From assembly GCA_048268245.1 (NCBI GenBank), contig JBLWVX010000028.1, positions 1 to 34,353 on the forward strand: 34,353 nucleotides of DNA, in the 5' to 3' direction. This document shows, in pieces, positions 16,308 to 27,063 of this stretch. Numbering within the stretch: position 1 is the stretch's first letter; every line of letters begins with the position of its first letter. The notes below the pieces were generated by a model. It was given only the letters and a program-made list of their open reading frames with translations. It was not told the DNA's origin and searched no databases. The translations under genes were made by a program, and so were the position numbers. Source of the stretch: Arcobacteraceae bacterium. Lineage in GTDB: Bacteria; Campylobacterota; Campylobacteria; Campylobacterales; Arcobacteraceae.

Positions 16308-17438
16308 TTACATTCCTTTCACTTTTTCAATAATCTCTAATGGAGATAAAGGTCTTCCGTTTACTTTAAATAATGTATCAAAGTCAGATCTTCCTGATAC
16401 TCTTTGTACTTCATCTGCAAATTGACCCATATTTAATTCAGTAACTAATACTTTATCAAATTTATTCATTAATTCTTTAATTCTTTCAGCAGGACTTGGC
16501 CAAATTGTAAGTGGTCTGAACATACCAACTTTAATTCCTTCAGCTCTTAATCTATTGATTGCTTCAGTTACACCTAATGATACTGAACCATATGCAATGA
16601 TCATAATATCTGCATCATCTAACATATACTCTTCATTTAATTCTAATTCATCAGTATGTGCATCAACTTTTTTAAATAGTCTTTTCATTAATGCATCACA
16701 AGTATCTGCATCTTCTGTTGGGTGACCTGTTGGTCCATGGTGTAATCCAGTAAAGTGGTATCTATACCCTTCAAACATCGGATTTAATACAGCTGGCTCA
16801 TCTTCACCAACACCATAAGGTTTATACTCTTTTGGATCACCTTCGAATTTTTTTCTTGAAATTTTAGAAGCTTGAACTTCTTCTAAATCAGGAATAGTAG
16901 CTCTACCACTCATATGACCGATTGTTTCGTCTAATAAAACAAATACAGGTTGCATAAATCTGTCAGCTAAGTTAAATGCTCTAGCTACTTCTGTATAACA
17001 CTCATTTAAGTTACCTGGACATAATGTAATAGATTTTACATCTCCATGAGTAGGGTTTTTAGCCTGTAGTAAATCTCCTTGAGCAACTCTTGTAGGTAAA
17101 CCAGTAGATGGACCACCTCTCATAACATTTACAACAACTAAAGGAACTTCAGAAATATATCCAACTCCTAAGTTTTCTGCTTTTAATGAAATACCAGGAC
17201 CAGATGAAGCAGTCATAGATCTTTTTCCTGACATTGCTGCACCTAATGCAGTACAAATACCAGAAATTTCATCTTCCATTTGAATACATGCTTTTCCTCT
17301 TGCTGGAAGTGCAGAAGATAAAACGTGCATTATTTCACTTGAAGGAGTAATAGGGTACCCACCAAAAAACTCAAGATCTGAGTCAAGTGCAGCTTTAGCT
17401 GCTAATTCATTACCTGTTGAAATTAGTTCTCTTGCCAT
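16308..17438 (-). CDS. oorA: 2-oxoglutarate:acceptor oxidoreductase alpha subunit
   Basis: GYPITPSSE, QMEDE, RGGPSTGLPT. Confidence 0.95.
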   Translation of the reverse strand: MARELISTGNELAAKAALDSDLEFFGGYPITPSSEIMHVLSSALPARGKACIQMEDEISGICTALGAAMSGKRSMTASSGPGISLKAENLGVGYISEVPLVVVNVMRGGPSTGLPTRVAQGDLLQAKNPTHGDVKSITLCPGNLNECYTEVARAFNLADRFMQPVFVLLDETIGHMSGRATIPDLEEVQASKISRKKFEGDPKEYKPYGVGEDEPAVLNPMFEGYRYHFTGLHHGPTGHPTEDADTCDALMKRLFKKVDAHTDELELNEEYMLDDADIMIIAYGSVSLGVTEAINRLRAEGIKVGMFRPLTIWPSPAERIKELMNKFDKVLVTELNMGQFADEVQRVSGRSDFDTLFKVNGRPLSPLEIIEKVKGM

Positions 17439-17447
17439 TAATTATCC

Positions 17448-17774
17448 TTACGCCTCATCTTCATCTAAAATTCTATAGTTATTTTTAATAACTCTTTCTT
17501 TTCTATCTTTTGCCTCATCTGTTAATTTAGCAAATTTAAACTCTTTTCTATCTGCTACATAAATAGCAAAATCTGGACATGCAAGTTCACAGTCAGTACA
17601 GCCAATACATGAATCAGGATGAACAACTTTGATCATAGAACCTAAAGTTGAAGTAACCTCTTGTCTCATAGCAAGAACACCAGCTGGACAAACAGAAACA
17701 CACTTGTCACATGCTTTACATCTATCTTCATTCACCCAAACAGGAGTGTTTGCAGGAGCTTCCATATTAGACAT
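17448..17774 (-). CDS. oorD: 2-oxoglutarate:acceptor oxidoreductase delta subunit (2x[4Fe-4S] ferredoxin)
   Basis: Two CxxCxxCxxxCP motifs; first gene of the operon. Confidence 0.93.
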   Translation of the reverse strand: MSNMEAPANTPVWVNEDRCKACDKCVSVCPAGVLAMRQEVTSTLGSMIKVVHPDSCIGCTDCELACPDFAIYVADRKEFKFAKLTDEAKDRKERVIKNNYRILDEDEA

Positions 17775-17900
17775 AATTTCCCCTTATTATTTTTTGTTTA
17801 TCAATAGTTGATTAATTTTCAATTATTATTGTTGAATGATAACCTATATAACATCTAATAATTAATTAAAACTCGTATTTTAAATTCTTAATTTCTCTAT

Positions 17901-17939
17901 TGTTACATTTTGCTACATGAATTTTTAAAGTGTATTATA
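17901..17939 (-). promoter_or_regulatory. Putative oor promoter (-10 on the minus strand at 17934-17939) with tandem TGYTACAT boxes
   Basis: TGTTACAT at 17901 and TGCTACAT at 17911, 10-bp period; ATTATA reads TATAAT on the minus strand. Confidence 0.5.
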
Positions 17940-18035
17940 AGTGGCTTAAAAACTATATTTTAGCTTAATTATTAATGCTAATTTTATACTAAAAGTTATG
18001 GTTAAAATAGGTTTAAAATTTATCTATGATTTTTT

Positions 18036-18044
18036 TGATATAAT
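18036..18044 (+). promoter_or_regulatory. Extended -10 promoter of the methyltransferase-trpC operon
   Basis: TGaTATAAT then AAAGGA RBS. Confidence 0.7.
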
Positions 18045-18067
18045 ATCTAAAATAATAAAGGATAGTT

Positions 18068-18781
18068 TTGGTTTTATATCAGCCTAAAGACGGCTATTGT
18101 TACAATAGTGATACTCATTTTTTATATAACTTTATCTGTAATAATTTAGCAAAGTTCAAAAATGTAAAAGGAGAGCTTTTAGATATAGGAAGTGGTAGCG
18201 GAATACTAGGACTACTTGTATCTAGAGAGTATGAGAAACTTTCATTAAATCAAAGTGAGATACAAAAAGTGTTTCAGTTTTTCTCACAAAAAAATGCCCA
18301 GTCAAATAATATAGAGTCAAATATGTATAAAGGTTCTTTTGTAGAGATGCAATTTGATAAAAAGTTTGATATTTGTGTTTCTAACCCACCTTTTTATCAT
18401 ACAAATGTAATAAAAAGTGAGAATGAAAATATAAAGATTGCTAGATATAATGATTCAATGCCTTTAGATTCTTTTATAGAAAAAGTATCTTTAATACTAA
18501 AAGATTCTGGTCAATTCTTCTTTTGTTACGATGTGAAACAAATAAATGAAATATTGATCACACTAAATAAATACAAATTAAATTTAGAAAGTTTACAGTT
18601 TGTTCATCCCAAAAAACACAAAGATGCAACACTTATTTTAGTTTATGCAAGAAAAAACTCAAAGTCTTTAACAAAAATATTACCCCCTTTATTTGTTTTT
18701 GATGATATTGAATTTACACAAGAAGTACAAGATATTTATAAAAAATCTTCTACTCATAGTATAAAGGTTGATTATGAATAA
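18068..18781 (+). CDS. SAM-dependent methyltransferase, tRNA1(Val) A37-N6 (TrmN6/YfiC)-like
   Basis: YQPKDGYCYNSD, LDIGSGSG, SNPPFY, IAR; TTG start. Confidence 0.85.
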   Translation: MVLYQPKDGYCYNSDTHFLYNFICNNLAKFKNVKGELLDIGSGSGILGLLVSREYEKLSLNQSEIQKVFQFFSQKNAQSNNIESNMYKGSFVEMQFDKKFDICVSNPPFYHTNVIKSENENIKIARYNDSMPLDSFIEKVSLILKDSGQFFFCYDVKQINEILITLNKYKLNLESLQFVHPKKHKDATLILVYARKNSKSLTKILPPLFVFDDIEFTQEVQDIYKKSSTHSIKVDYE

Positions 18782-19157
18782 TATTTTTAAGAAAGAAGGT
18801 TTTGATTACTCTTTTGATGCAAGTGGTTGTGAATCATGTGGTGGAAGATGTTGTATTGGAGAGAGTGGTTATATTTGGATAAATAAAGCAGAAATTGAAA
18901 ACTTAGCAAAGCATTTAAATACTACAATCGAAGAAGTAGGGCAAAAGTTTTTAATGAAAATAGGATATAAATACAGCATAAAAGAGATACAATTACAACA
19001 AGATAATTATGCTTGTGTGTTTTTTGATTTAGATAAAAAACAATGTAGTATATATGAAGCAAGACCTACACAATGTAGGACATTTCCTTTTTGGGATTAT
19101 TTCAAAGAGAATAAAGAAGAGGTTTTTAAAGAGTGCCCAGCTGTAAAAAATATTTAG
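18768..19157 (+). CDS. YkgJ-family Cys-cluster (CxxCxxCC) protein
   Basis: CESCGGRCC, CVFFD, CSIYEARPTQCRTFPFW. Confidence 0.9.
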   Translation: MIMNNIFKKEGFDYSFDASGCESCGGRCCIGESGYIWINKAEIENLAKHLNTTIEEVGQKFLMKIGYKYSIKEIQLQQDNYACVFFDLDKKQCSIYEARPTQCRTFPFWDYFKENKEEVFKECPAVKNI

Positions 19158-20449
19158 GTTCATTTGTTTTAGCTACAACTTTATTTGGTTGTAGTGTTCA
19201 AACACAAAACTTAGATATAAAAACAAAAGAAACACAAAACTTTATCACTGTTAAACATAAAGATTTTATTTTAGAAGATCAATACATTATATATGCACTT
19301 GAAAATGAAAATCAAAGAAAGTTTGATATTGCTAGAGATATTTATTACAAACTTTTTTCAAAAACAAATAAATATGAGTATTTTGTAAAGTTTCTTTCTT
19401 TAAATTTTTTACTTAATGATTTAAAAACTATTAAAAAATATGCAAGTGAAAATATGACTTCTGGAATAAAAGAAGAAGAACAAATACTAAGATTTTATAT
19501 ATTAAGTTTATTTAAACTAAAAGAGTATGATAACTCTGTTTTATATGCAAAAAAATTAGTTGACAAATTTTACAAAGATGTAAACTTAGAATTATTAGGC
19601 ACAATTTACTTACAAAAAAAAGATTATGAGAATGCTTCAAAAAGTTTTCAAAGAGCTTATGATTTAACTCAAAACTCTAGAACACTTTTTTCTTTAACAA
19701 ATGTTAAATACTATTATTTAAATGAAAAAAAAGAAGCAATAGATTTGCTTGAAGAGTTTATTAATAATAATGGTTTAGTTTATAGTGTTGCAATTCAGCT
19801 TTTAACTTTTTATGAAAAAGATAAAAGTGATGATAAAATAATTGCATTACTTAAAAAAATGTATTTTGAATATAATGATAAACAAGATGAAGAACTATTA
19901 AAGAGAATTAAAAGTTTATTACTTAGATATCTAGCAAGAAAAGATATAAACGAAGCCTTAGAGTTTTTTGAAAAAAATGATAGAGATTCAGAAATTCTTC
20001 TTGCTTTATATAGAAGTTCAAATCAGCCTTTAAAGGCTTTAAATATTTTAAATAAACTTTATGAAGAAACAAATAGTTCTGAATATTTAGCACAAATTGC
20101 AATTTTAGAGTTTGAATTAGCTGATAATAAAAAAGTTATATTAAATAGTGTAATAAAAAAATTCACTAAAGCTTTAGAAACTTTAGATAATCCTATTTAT
20201 CAAAACTATTTAGCTTATATTTTAATTGACTATGATAGAGATATAGAAAAAGGCTTAGCTTTAGTGAAACTAGCTTTAGAAAAAGAGCCTGATAATTTAG
20301 CTTATATTGATACTTTAGCTTGGGGTGAGTATAAACTAAATAATTGTACTACAGCTTATGTGCAAATGAAAAAAGTTGTTGATAAAGCTGGACTTGAAGA
20401 TGAAGAAATAAAATTTCACTGGGAAAAAATAAAGGAGTGTATTAAGTGA
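19133..20449 (+). CDS. TPR-repeat lipoprotein
   Basis: Lipobox LFGC; TPR motifs including NYLAY and [11 protein letters not shown]; the GTG start is uncertain. Confidence 0.78.
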   Translation: MPSCKKYLGSFVLATTLFGCSVQTQNLDIKTKETQNFITVKHKDFILEDQYIIYALENENQRKFDIARDIYYKLFSKTNKYEYFVKFLSLNFLLNDLKTIKKYASENMTSGIKEEEQILRFYILSLFKLKEYDNSVLYAKKLVDKFYKDVNLELLGTIYLQKKDYENASKSFQRAYDLTQNSRTLFSLTNVKYYYLNEKKEAIDLLEEFINNNGLVYSVAIQLLTFYEKDKSDDKIIALLKKMYFEYNDKQDEELLKRIKSLLLRYLARKDINEALEFFEKNDRDSEILLALYRSSNQPLKALNILNKLYEETNSSEYLAQIAILEFELADNKKVILNSVIKKFTKALETLDNPIYQNYLAYILIDYDRDIEKGLALVKLALEKEPDNLAYIDTLAWGEYKLNNCTTAYVQMKKVVDKAGLEDEEIKFHWEKIKECIK

Positions 20450-21240
20450 TATTAGATGAAATTAACAGACGAACTTTAGAAGATGTTGAAAAAAGAAAAA
20501 AAGATTTACCTTTGGATTTATTAGGAAGAACACTTTCTTCAAATCCTTATACGCCAAGAGATGTTAAACCTTATTTAACTGCAACAAAAGAAGAACCAAT
20601 TAGAATTATTGCAGAGGTTAAAAAAGCAAGTCCTTCAAAAGGTGTAATTAAAGAAGATTTTGATCCAATTGTAATTGCACAAGAGTATTCAAACAATGGA
20701 GCTAATGCTATTTCTGTTTTAACAGAACCTCATTGGTTTCAAGGAAACCTTGAATATCTAACTGCAATTAGAAGATATGTTCCAACACCACTTTTAAGAA
20801 AAGATTTTATTTTAGATAAGTATCAAATTGTTGAAGCATTAGTTTATGGTGCAGACTTTATTTTATTAATTGCAAAAAGTTTAAGTACTAAAGATTTAAA
20901 AGAATTATATGAGTATGCATTACATTTAGGTCTAGAAGTATTAGTTGAAGTTCATGATAAAGAAGATTTAACTAAAGCTATGAAGTGTGGAGCTCATATT
21001 GTAGGTATAAATCATAGAAATCTTGAGACTATGGAAATGGATATGACTTTATGTGAAAAATTAATTCCAATGATTCCAAATGGAAAGATTATTGTAGCTG
21101 AATCAGGAGTTTCTAATACAGAAATAATTGCTAGATTAAGTGAAGCTGGAGCTGATGCTTTCTTAATAGGTGAGCACTTTATGAGAGTTCCTTCGATAGA
21201 AGAAGAACTACAAAAATTTAAAAAAGCTAAAGAAGCTTAA
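20446..21240 (+). CDS. trpC: Indole-3-glycerol phosphate synthase
   Basis: [35 protein letters not shown]. Confidence 0.97.
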   Translation: MILDEINRRTLEDVEKRKKDLPLDLLGRTLSSNPYTPRDVKPYLTATKEEPIRIIAEVKKASPSKGVIKEDFDPIVIAQEYSNNGANAISVLTEPHWFQGNLEYLTAIRRYVPTPLLRKDFILDKYQIVEALVYGADFILLIAKSLSTKDLKELYEYALHLGLEVLVEVHDKEDLTKAMKCGAHIVGINHRNLETMEMDMTLCEKLIPMIPNGKIIVAESGVSNTEIIARLSEAGADAFLIGEHFMRVPSIEEELQKFKKAKEA

Positions 21241-21273
21241 TATTCTAAAAGTTTATTTACTATTTAAAGACAT

Positions 21274-21954
21274 TTAGTCTTTAAATAGTGTAGAACCAAC
21301 TCTAATCATATTTGAACCACAAGCAATAGCTAACTCATAATCAGAACTCATTCCCATAGAACAATATTTTGCCCCTAGTGGTACTACTTTATCAAAGATT
21401 TTCTTAGTAGTTTTGAAAGACTCTTTTATGATTTTTTCATCTTCAACATGTGCACCAATACTCATAACACCTTTAAGTTTTAAGTTGGGACATGTATCTA
21501 AAATCTTTTTATAAGTTGATAGTGCATCTTCTGGCATTATGCCTGCTTTCGTATCTTCTTTTGCAGAGTTTATTTGAAGTAGGGCATTTATCTTTTTACC
21601 TTTTGCTTCAAGTTTTTTATTAAATTCTTGTGCTAATTCTAATGAATCAATTGATTGTACAAGTGAAGGATTTAAATCAATTAGATTATTGATTTTATTT
21701 TTTTGTAGTCTTCCTACAAAATGCCATTCAATTGGTAGTTCATCAAGTTTTTCACTTTTTTCTCTTAAGTCTTGTACTTTATTTTCACCAAAGGCTCTTT
21801 GACCTGCTTCATAAAGTGTAGCAACATCTTCAGAACTTGAATATTTGCTAATACCAATTACTTTTACTATATGATGTTCTGATACTCTAAGTCTAGCACC
21901 TTCTACTCTTGTAATAATATCGTCTAAATTTCTAGTAGCTGTTTTTTTATCCAT
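21274..21954 (-). CDS. yggS: PLP homeostasis protein
   Basis: FGENKVQ, WHFVGRLQKNK, SMGMSSD, RVGS. Confidence 0.95.
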   Translation of the reverse strand: MDKKTATRNLDDIITRVEGARLRVSEHHIVKVIGISKYSSSEDVATLYEAGQRAFGENKVQDLREKSEKLDELPIEWHFVGRLQKNKINNLIDLNPSLVQSIDSLELAQEFNKKLEAKGKKINALLQINSAKEDTKAGIMPEDALSTYKKILDTCPNLKLKGVMSIGAHVEDEKIIKESFKTTKKIFDKVVPLGAKYCSMGMSSDYELAIACGSNMIRVGSTLFKD

Positions 21955-21963
21955 TATAAACCT

Positions 21964-23022
21964 TTATTCATTTAAAAAAATTCTATTTATATCATTATAT
22001 ATACCAAGTAACATAAGACTTGCTAGTATTACCCAACCCATAATAGTTAAAAACATAAATACCTGATCACTTGGTTTTCTTCTTAAAATCATTTCATATA
22101 AGTTAAACATTATATGTCCTCCATCAAGTGCAGGAATTGGAAGAAGATTTAGAACTCCTAAGTTTACAGATATAAGGGCAGTTATACTAAGTAGTGCAAT
22201 TATACTTGATTCACTTGCATCTGAGATAACTTTACCAATAGTAATTACTCCACCAATTTCAGAACTAGGTATTATTCCTTGGATTAGTTTTTGTACGCCT
22301 TGAAAAATCATAGTTGATGCAAAAATCGTTTTTTCATAAGCAAATACTAAAGACTCTCCAAAAGATAAATCTAGGTTGATTATTTTACCTGATGGTGAGA
22401 TACCAATCATTCTTTTTTTAATCTTCTCTTTAAACATATTTTCTGAATCTGAAATATATGGGTTGATAGTTTTTGCAAAATATTTGTCATCTCTTTTAAG
22501 ATAGAACTTTAAAGGACCTTGCGTATTAACAATAACCTTTCCGATATCATTCCAAGTAGTGATTTCAGTGTTATTAATCTTTAAAATTTCATCATTAGCT
22601 AATATTCCAGCTTGTTGTGCAGGGGAGTTTTCTAATACTTTACCAACTTGAGGAGCTAAAGCACTTGCACCTAAAATAGCAATAAAAAAGTATAATACTG
22701 CTGCTAATATAAAGTTTGCGAAAGGACCTGCAAATAGAATAACTATTCTTTGCCAAGGTTTTTTAGTATTGTAAGAGTCGTTTCCTTCCTCTTCAATTCC
22801 TGGTTTAGTATCATCTTGACCTTTCATCCTTACATACCCACCAAGTGGTATTAAAGAAAATTGCCAAGTAGTACCTTTCCATTCTTTTGCAAAAAGCTGT
22901 TTCCCAAATCCAATTGAAAATACATGAACTTTTACACCAAAATAACGTGCTGCTAGAAAGTGTCCTAGCTCATGAAAAAATACTAAAAAAGATAGTACAA
23001 GTAAAAAAGTAATAGTACCCAA
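21964..23022 (-). CDS. rseP: Site-2 intramembrane metalloprotease (M50) with PDZ domain
   Basis: HELGH, FSIGFG, AGPFAN, NLLPIPALDGG; TTG start after GGAG. Confidence 0.95.
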   Translation of the reverse strand: MGTITFLLVLSFLVFFHELGHFLAARYFGVKVHVFSIGFGKQLFAKEWKGTTWQFSLIPLGGYVRMKGQDDTKPGIEEEGNDSYNTKKPWQRIVILFAGPFANFILAAVLYFFIAILGASALAPQVGKVLENSPAQQAGILANDEILKINNTEITTWNDIGKVIVNTQGPLKFYLKRDDKYFAKTINPYISDSENMFKEKIKKRMIGISPSGKIINLDLSFGESLVFAYEKTIFASTMIFQGVQKLIQGIIPSSEIGGVITIGKVISDASESSIIALLSITALISVNLGVLNLLPIPALDGGHIMFNLYEMILRRKPSDQVFMFLTIMGWVILASLMLLGIYNDINRIFLNE

Positions 23023-23042
23023 GATAATCTCCAGTTAATTAT

Positions 23043-23585
23043 TTAGTTTTTGAAATAATCTCTAGTATATTCATATCCAGAGTAAATTGTAAGTGCAACA
23101 GCTAACCATAGTAGAGCAGTTGCAAAAGGCCAGTTCATAATTAGAAAACCAATAGCTATCATTTGAACTACAGTTTTAATTTTACCTGCCATAGTAGAAG
23201 CTACATCTTTACCCTCACCAATAGCAACAACTCTAAGTCCTGTAATAAAAAACTCTCTTGAAAGTATTAGAAATACAGCCCATGCACTTGCTCTATCTAT
23301 TGCCATAAGTCCTAAAAAACCAGCAAGCATAAGCATTTTATCTGCAAGGGGATCTAAAATTCCACCAAGTTTTGTCATTTGATTCCATGACCTTGCAATA
23401 AAACCATCAAAAAAATCAGTTACTGAAGCAATTACAAAAATAAGTCCTGCAAAATAATCTAGCCAAGAAGGATGCCATGTAGCAAAAATAGTGTTGTCTC
23501 TATCTACTAAAAACCATAGCATTAGCGGAGCTAATGCTATTCTGAAAAGTGCCAGTGCATTTGGTAGGTTTAAACTTTTTGTCAT
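23043..23585 (-). CDS. pgsA: CDP-diacylglycerol--glycerol-3-phosphate 3-phosphatidyltransferase
   Basis: NLPN, TDFFDGFIAR...G.ILDPLADK, GKIKT. Confidence 0.95.
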   Translation of the reverse strand: MTKSLNLPNALALFRIALAPLMLWFLVDRDNTIFATWHPSWLDYFAGLIFVIASVTDFFDGFIARSWNQMTKLGGILDPLADKMLMLAGFLGLMAIDRASAWAVFLILSREFFITGLRVVAIGEGKDVASTMAGKIKTVVQMIAIGFLIMNWPFATALLWLAVALTIYSGYEYTRDYFKN

Positions 23586-24364
23586 TATTTAAACGTAGTC
23601 CCACCATCAACAATTAGTGTATGACCTGTAACCCATGAAGCATCACTTGTACATAAGAAATAACATGATTGAGCTAAATCTTCTGGTTGACCAATTCTAT
23701 TTAATGGAGAGTATTCAGCTGTTTTAGCTTTTACCTCTTCATAGTTTGTAAATGCTTTAAGTGCATCAGTATCAATAGGACCACCTGAAACAGCATTTAC
23801 TCTAATGTTAAATTCACCAAGCTCAGTTGCTGCATATCTAACCATAGCTTCAACTGCTGCTTTATTTGTACCATGACCTGAGTAGTTTTCAATGTAAACT
23901 AAGTTTCCTGTAGAAGATAAAGAAACAATCGCTCCACCACCAACTTTTTGCATTCTTTTTGCAGCTTGTTGTGCACCACAAACAAAAGCATTAACAGTTG
24001 CTGTATAAATGTTGTTTAATCCTCTTGGCTTTAATTTCATAAATTTACCATATCCACCAACAACTGCTCTTCCATAAATCATAGCATTTGAAATAAAGAA
24101 ATCAACTCTATCAAAATCTTTGTCGATTTCTAAGAATAATTCTTTAGCAGTTTCAGGTTCTAAGATATTATATGCATAACATCTACATTTTACACCAAAT
24201 TTCTCTTCTACATCTTTACAAATGTCTTCTGCAATTTGCGCATTTGAGTTATATGTAAATGCAACATTTATTCCATTGCTTGCAAATTTATATACACACT
24301 CTTTACCGATACCTTTTGTACCACCTGTAATTACTAAAGTTTTACCCTTCATTTCGTTACTCAT
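23585..24364 (-). CDS. Short-chain dehydrogenase (FabL / 7-alpha-HSDH-like enoyl-ACP reductase)
   Basis: TGGTKGIG, YSGHGTNK, VNAVSGGPIDTDAL, IVDGG; position after dapA. Confidence 0.85.
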   Translation of the reverse strand: MSNEMKGKTLVITGGTKGIGKECVYKFASNGINVAFTYNSNAQIAEDICKDVEEKFGVKCRCYAYNILEPETAKELFLEIDKDFDRVDFFISNAMIYGRAVVGGYGKFMKLKPRGLNNIYTATVNAFVCGAQQAAKRMQKVGGGAIVSLSSTGNLVYIENYSGHGTNKAAVEAMVRYAATELGEFNIRVNAVSGGPIDTDALKAFTNYEEVKAKTAEYSPLNRIGQPEDLAQSCYFLCTSDASWVTGHTLIVDGGTTFK

Positions 24365-25251
24365 TATTTTATTACCTCATATTTTTTTAAAGTTTCTTCA
24401 AGTTTTTTCATATTTTGTGCACTTGGTGCAGTTAAAGGAAGTCTATACTCTAAAGTATCTAATAATCCTGCAATATACATCGCAGCTTTTATTGGAATAG
24501 GATTACTTTCACAGAAAAGTACAGAGTTTAATTCAAATAGTTTTTCATTAATCTCTTTGGCTACACTTAAATCTCCTTTTTCTACTGAATGTACAAGTTC
24601 TGATTTTAAATTAGGAAGTAGGTTTGATGTTACAGAAATAATACCATGACCACCTGCTGTTAAAATTGGAAAATCGATTGCATCTTCACCTGAAACAATT
24701 ACTAAATCTTTTCTTTGTGCTTGAAGTTCTACAATTTTTCCAATTGAACCACTAGCTTCTTTAATAGCATAAATGTTTTCTACATCATCGTATAGTCTAA
24801 CAATTGTATCAGTTTCTATTTCTACACCTGTTCTTCCTGGTACATTATAAAGCATTACAGGAATTTCAACTGCATTTGCAATTGCTTTATAGTGTTGATA
24901 TAAACCTTCTTGTGTAGGTTTGTTGTAATATGGAGTTACAGATAAAAGTCCATGAGCTCCTACTGACTCTGCATGTTTTGCAATATCACAAGCTTCATGA
25001 GTAGCATTTGAACCAGCCCCTGCTATTACTTTTACATTTGTACCTTTACAAGTTTCAACTGCAACAGAAATACAATCTTTGTGTTCTTTATGTGAAAGTG
25101 TTGCACTCTCTCCTGTTGTTCCCACTGGAACTACTGCATCCATACCTTGTTCTATTTGTCTTTTTATTAAAGACTCATATTTTTCTAAATCAACTTTTCC
25201 ATTTTTAAATGGGGTAATTAGTGCAGTCATTGCACCTGTAATATTTTCCAT
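24364..25251 (-). CDS. dapA: 4-hydroxy-tetrahydrodipicolinate synthase
   Basis: [34 protein letters not shown]. Confidence 0.97.
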   Translation of the reverse strand: MENITGAMTALITPFKNGKVDLEKYESLIKRQIEQGMDAVVPVGTTGESATLSHKEHKDCISVAVETCKGTNVKVIAGAGSNATHEACDIAKHAESVGAHGLLSVTPYYNKPTQEGLYQHYKAIANAVEIPVMLYNVPGRTGVEIETDTIVRLYDDVENIYAIKEASGSIGKIVELQAQRKDLVIVSGEDAIDFPILTAGGHGIISVTSNLLPNLKSELVHSVEKGDLSVAKEINEKLFELNSVLFCESNPIPIKAAMYIAGLLDTLEYRLPLTAPSAQNMKKLEETLKKYEVIK

Positions 25252-25272
25252 ATTCTTTATCCTTTCCTACTA

Positions 25273-25722
25273 CTAAATCTTAAAGTCTTCACTCACAGGA
25301 GTATTAACTGTATGTTTTGAGAACTTCTCTAAAAAATCCCAGAAGCTTTGTTTTGCTTCATCTGAAATATCTGTTTTTCTAAGAACCTCTTCCATTGTTC
25401 CAAGCCATTCTCTTCTTGCTTTTTCAGTAATAGAAAATGGCTCATGAGCCTTAACCATATCAAAGTGTCCTACAGTTTCACTATAATGCTTAGGTCCGCC
25501 AGCAGCTTCAATGAAAAACTTTACATTGTGAGCTTTAACTTTTTCCAACTCTTCTTCCTCTTGAGGAAAGAAGTTCCCAATATCACTATCTACGATTAGA
25601 TCATAAAATTCATTAAATAGCTTTTTTAAACCTTCTTCACCAAGTTCTTCAATAAAAATTGGTTTTGGGTATTCAAATTCAGGTTTTTCACCAAACTTTG
25701 TTTTACTTACATGGTAATCCAT
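25273..25722 (-). CDS. Truncated (2/2) globin, group II-like
   Basis: EFYD (B9-B10), GGPKHY, proximal His in KAHEPF, G8 Trp in REWL. Confidence 0.85.
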   Translation of the reverse strand: MDYHVSKTKFGEKPEFEYPKPIFIEELGEEGLKKLFNEFYDLIVDSDIGNFFPQEEEELEKVKAHNVKFFIEAAGGPKHYSETVGHFDMVKAHEPFSITEKARREWLGTMEEVLRKTDISDEAKQSFWDFLEKFSKHTVNTPVSEDFKI

Positions 25723-25723
25723 A

Positions 25724-27049
25724 CTATTTTTCCTGTTTTAAAATTACAGTAGTTGAATTATTTTTTGTTAAATATTTATTTGCAACTTTTACTAAATCTT
25801 TTTTTGTTAGTTTTTCAATTGCACCTTCATATTCTAATAAAGGCTTAATATTATCTCTAACTAAATATGAACCATATAAGTTAGCAACTGATGATGAACT
25901 CTCTAGTGAGAAAATAAAATCAGCTTTTGTATTGATCTTTATTTTTTCAATATCTTTTTTAGTGATTTTACCTTTTTTGATTTCATCTATAATTTCTAAA
26001 ATCTCTTTTTCTATTTTTTTAGCTTTTACACCTTCATTTGCAACTGCAACAAATAAGAAAAGTCCTGGATCTTTTAACTCTAAATTATAAGCATAAATAG
26101 AGTTAACAAGTCTTTTCTCATCAACAAGCCTTTTTTGTAAAATAGAACTTTTCCCTGCACTTAATAGTTCACTTAATCCTGATAGTGCAACTTGATCTTT
26201 GTGCTCAAAGTTTGGTAGATGATAAGCAATGGCTAACATTTGAACTGCTGAGTCTTTAATTATCTCTACTCTTTTTGCTCCATCCTGTTTTGGCTCTACT
26301 GTGTGAATAGAGCTTGGAATCTCTTTTGTATTTTTGATTTTACTAAAATGTTTTTTAGCTGCTTTAAATACTTCTTCTTTTGTAATATCTCCAGCAACTA
26401 CAACTATCGCATTTTTTGGCTGATAATAAGTACTATGGAAATCTTTTATATCGTCAATTGACCAATTTTTAATATCACTCATAAAACCAATTGGTGTCCA
26501 GTGATATGGGTGATAAATGTAGGCATTATTGAAAAGTCTAAACTGTAAATATCCCATAGGATTATTATCAGTTCTCCATCTTCTCTCTTCTGCTACTACA
26601 TCTCTTTCTGGTTGAAACTCTTCATCTTTTAAAGTAAGATTTTCCATTAACTCTGCAAATAAATCTAAAGATTTGTTCATGTTTTTTGAAGCAGATTTGA
26701 TGTAATAGTGTGTATAATCAAAAGAAGTAGAAGCATTATTAACTCCTCCAAATCCTTTTACTATTTCATCAAATTCTCCTGCATTTAAGTTTTCAGTAGA
26801 TTTGAAATTTAAGTGTTCTAACATATGAGCTATTCCACTTTTTCCCATTTTTTCATCTCTACTTCCTACTTTATAGAAAATATCTGTTGATACAACATTT
26901 GATCCATTATCCATTGGGATTGCAACAACTTGTAGACCATTTTCTAAAGTTTGTGTATGATATTTTGGTAAACTACTACTCATTAATTCTCCCGAAACTA
27001 TAATTAATAATGAAAAATGAATTAGTAAAAGTTTATAAATACTTCTCAT
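25724..27049 (-). CDS. M16-family zinc peptidase, probably periplasmic
   Basis: Inverted zincin HMLEH, NASTSFD, ERDVVAEERR; N-terminal signal peptide. Confidence 0.93.
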   Translation of the reverse strand: MRSIYKLLLIHFSLLIIVSGELMSSSLPKYHTQTLENGLQVVAIPMDNGSNVVSTDIFYKVGSRDEKMGKSGIAHMLEHLNFKSTENLNAGEFDEIVKGFGGVNNASTSFDYTHYYIKSASKNMNKSLDLFAELMENLTLKDEEFQPERDVVAEERRWRTDNNPMGYLQFRLFNNAYIYHPYHWTPIGFMSDIKNWSIDDIKDFHSTYYQPKNAIVVVAGDITKEEVFKAAKKHFSKIKNTKEIPSSIHTVEPKQDGAKRVEIIKDSAVQMLAIAYHLPNFEHKDQVALSGLSELLSAGKSSILQKRLVDEKRLVNSIYAYNLELKDPGLFLFVAVANEGVKAKKIEKEILEIIDEIKKGKITKKDIEKIKINTKADFIFSLESSSSVANLYGSYLVRDNIKPLLEYEGAIEKLTKKDLVKVANKYLTKNNSTTVILKQEK

Positions 27050-27063
27050 TTTTCTTTCCTTTT

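Noticed and set aside
17798..17822. FNR-like box upstream of oorD
   Set aside because: The half-sites ATCAA/TTGAT are in the wrong order or spacing for TTGAT-N4-ATCAA.
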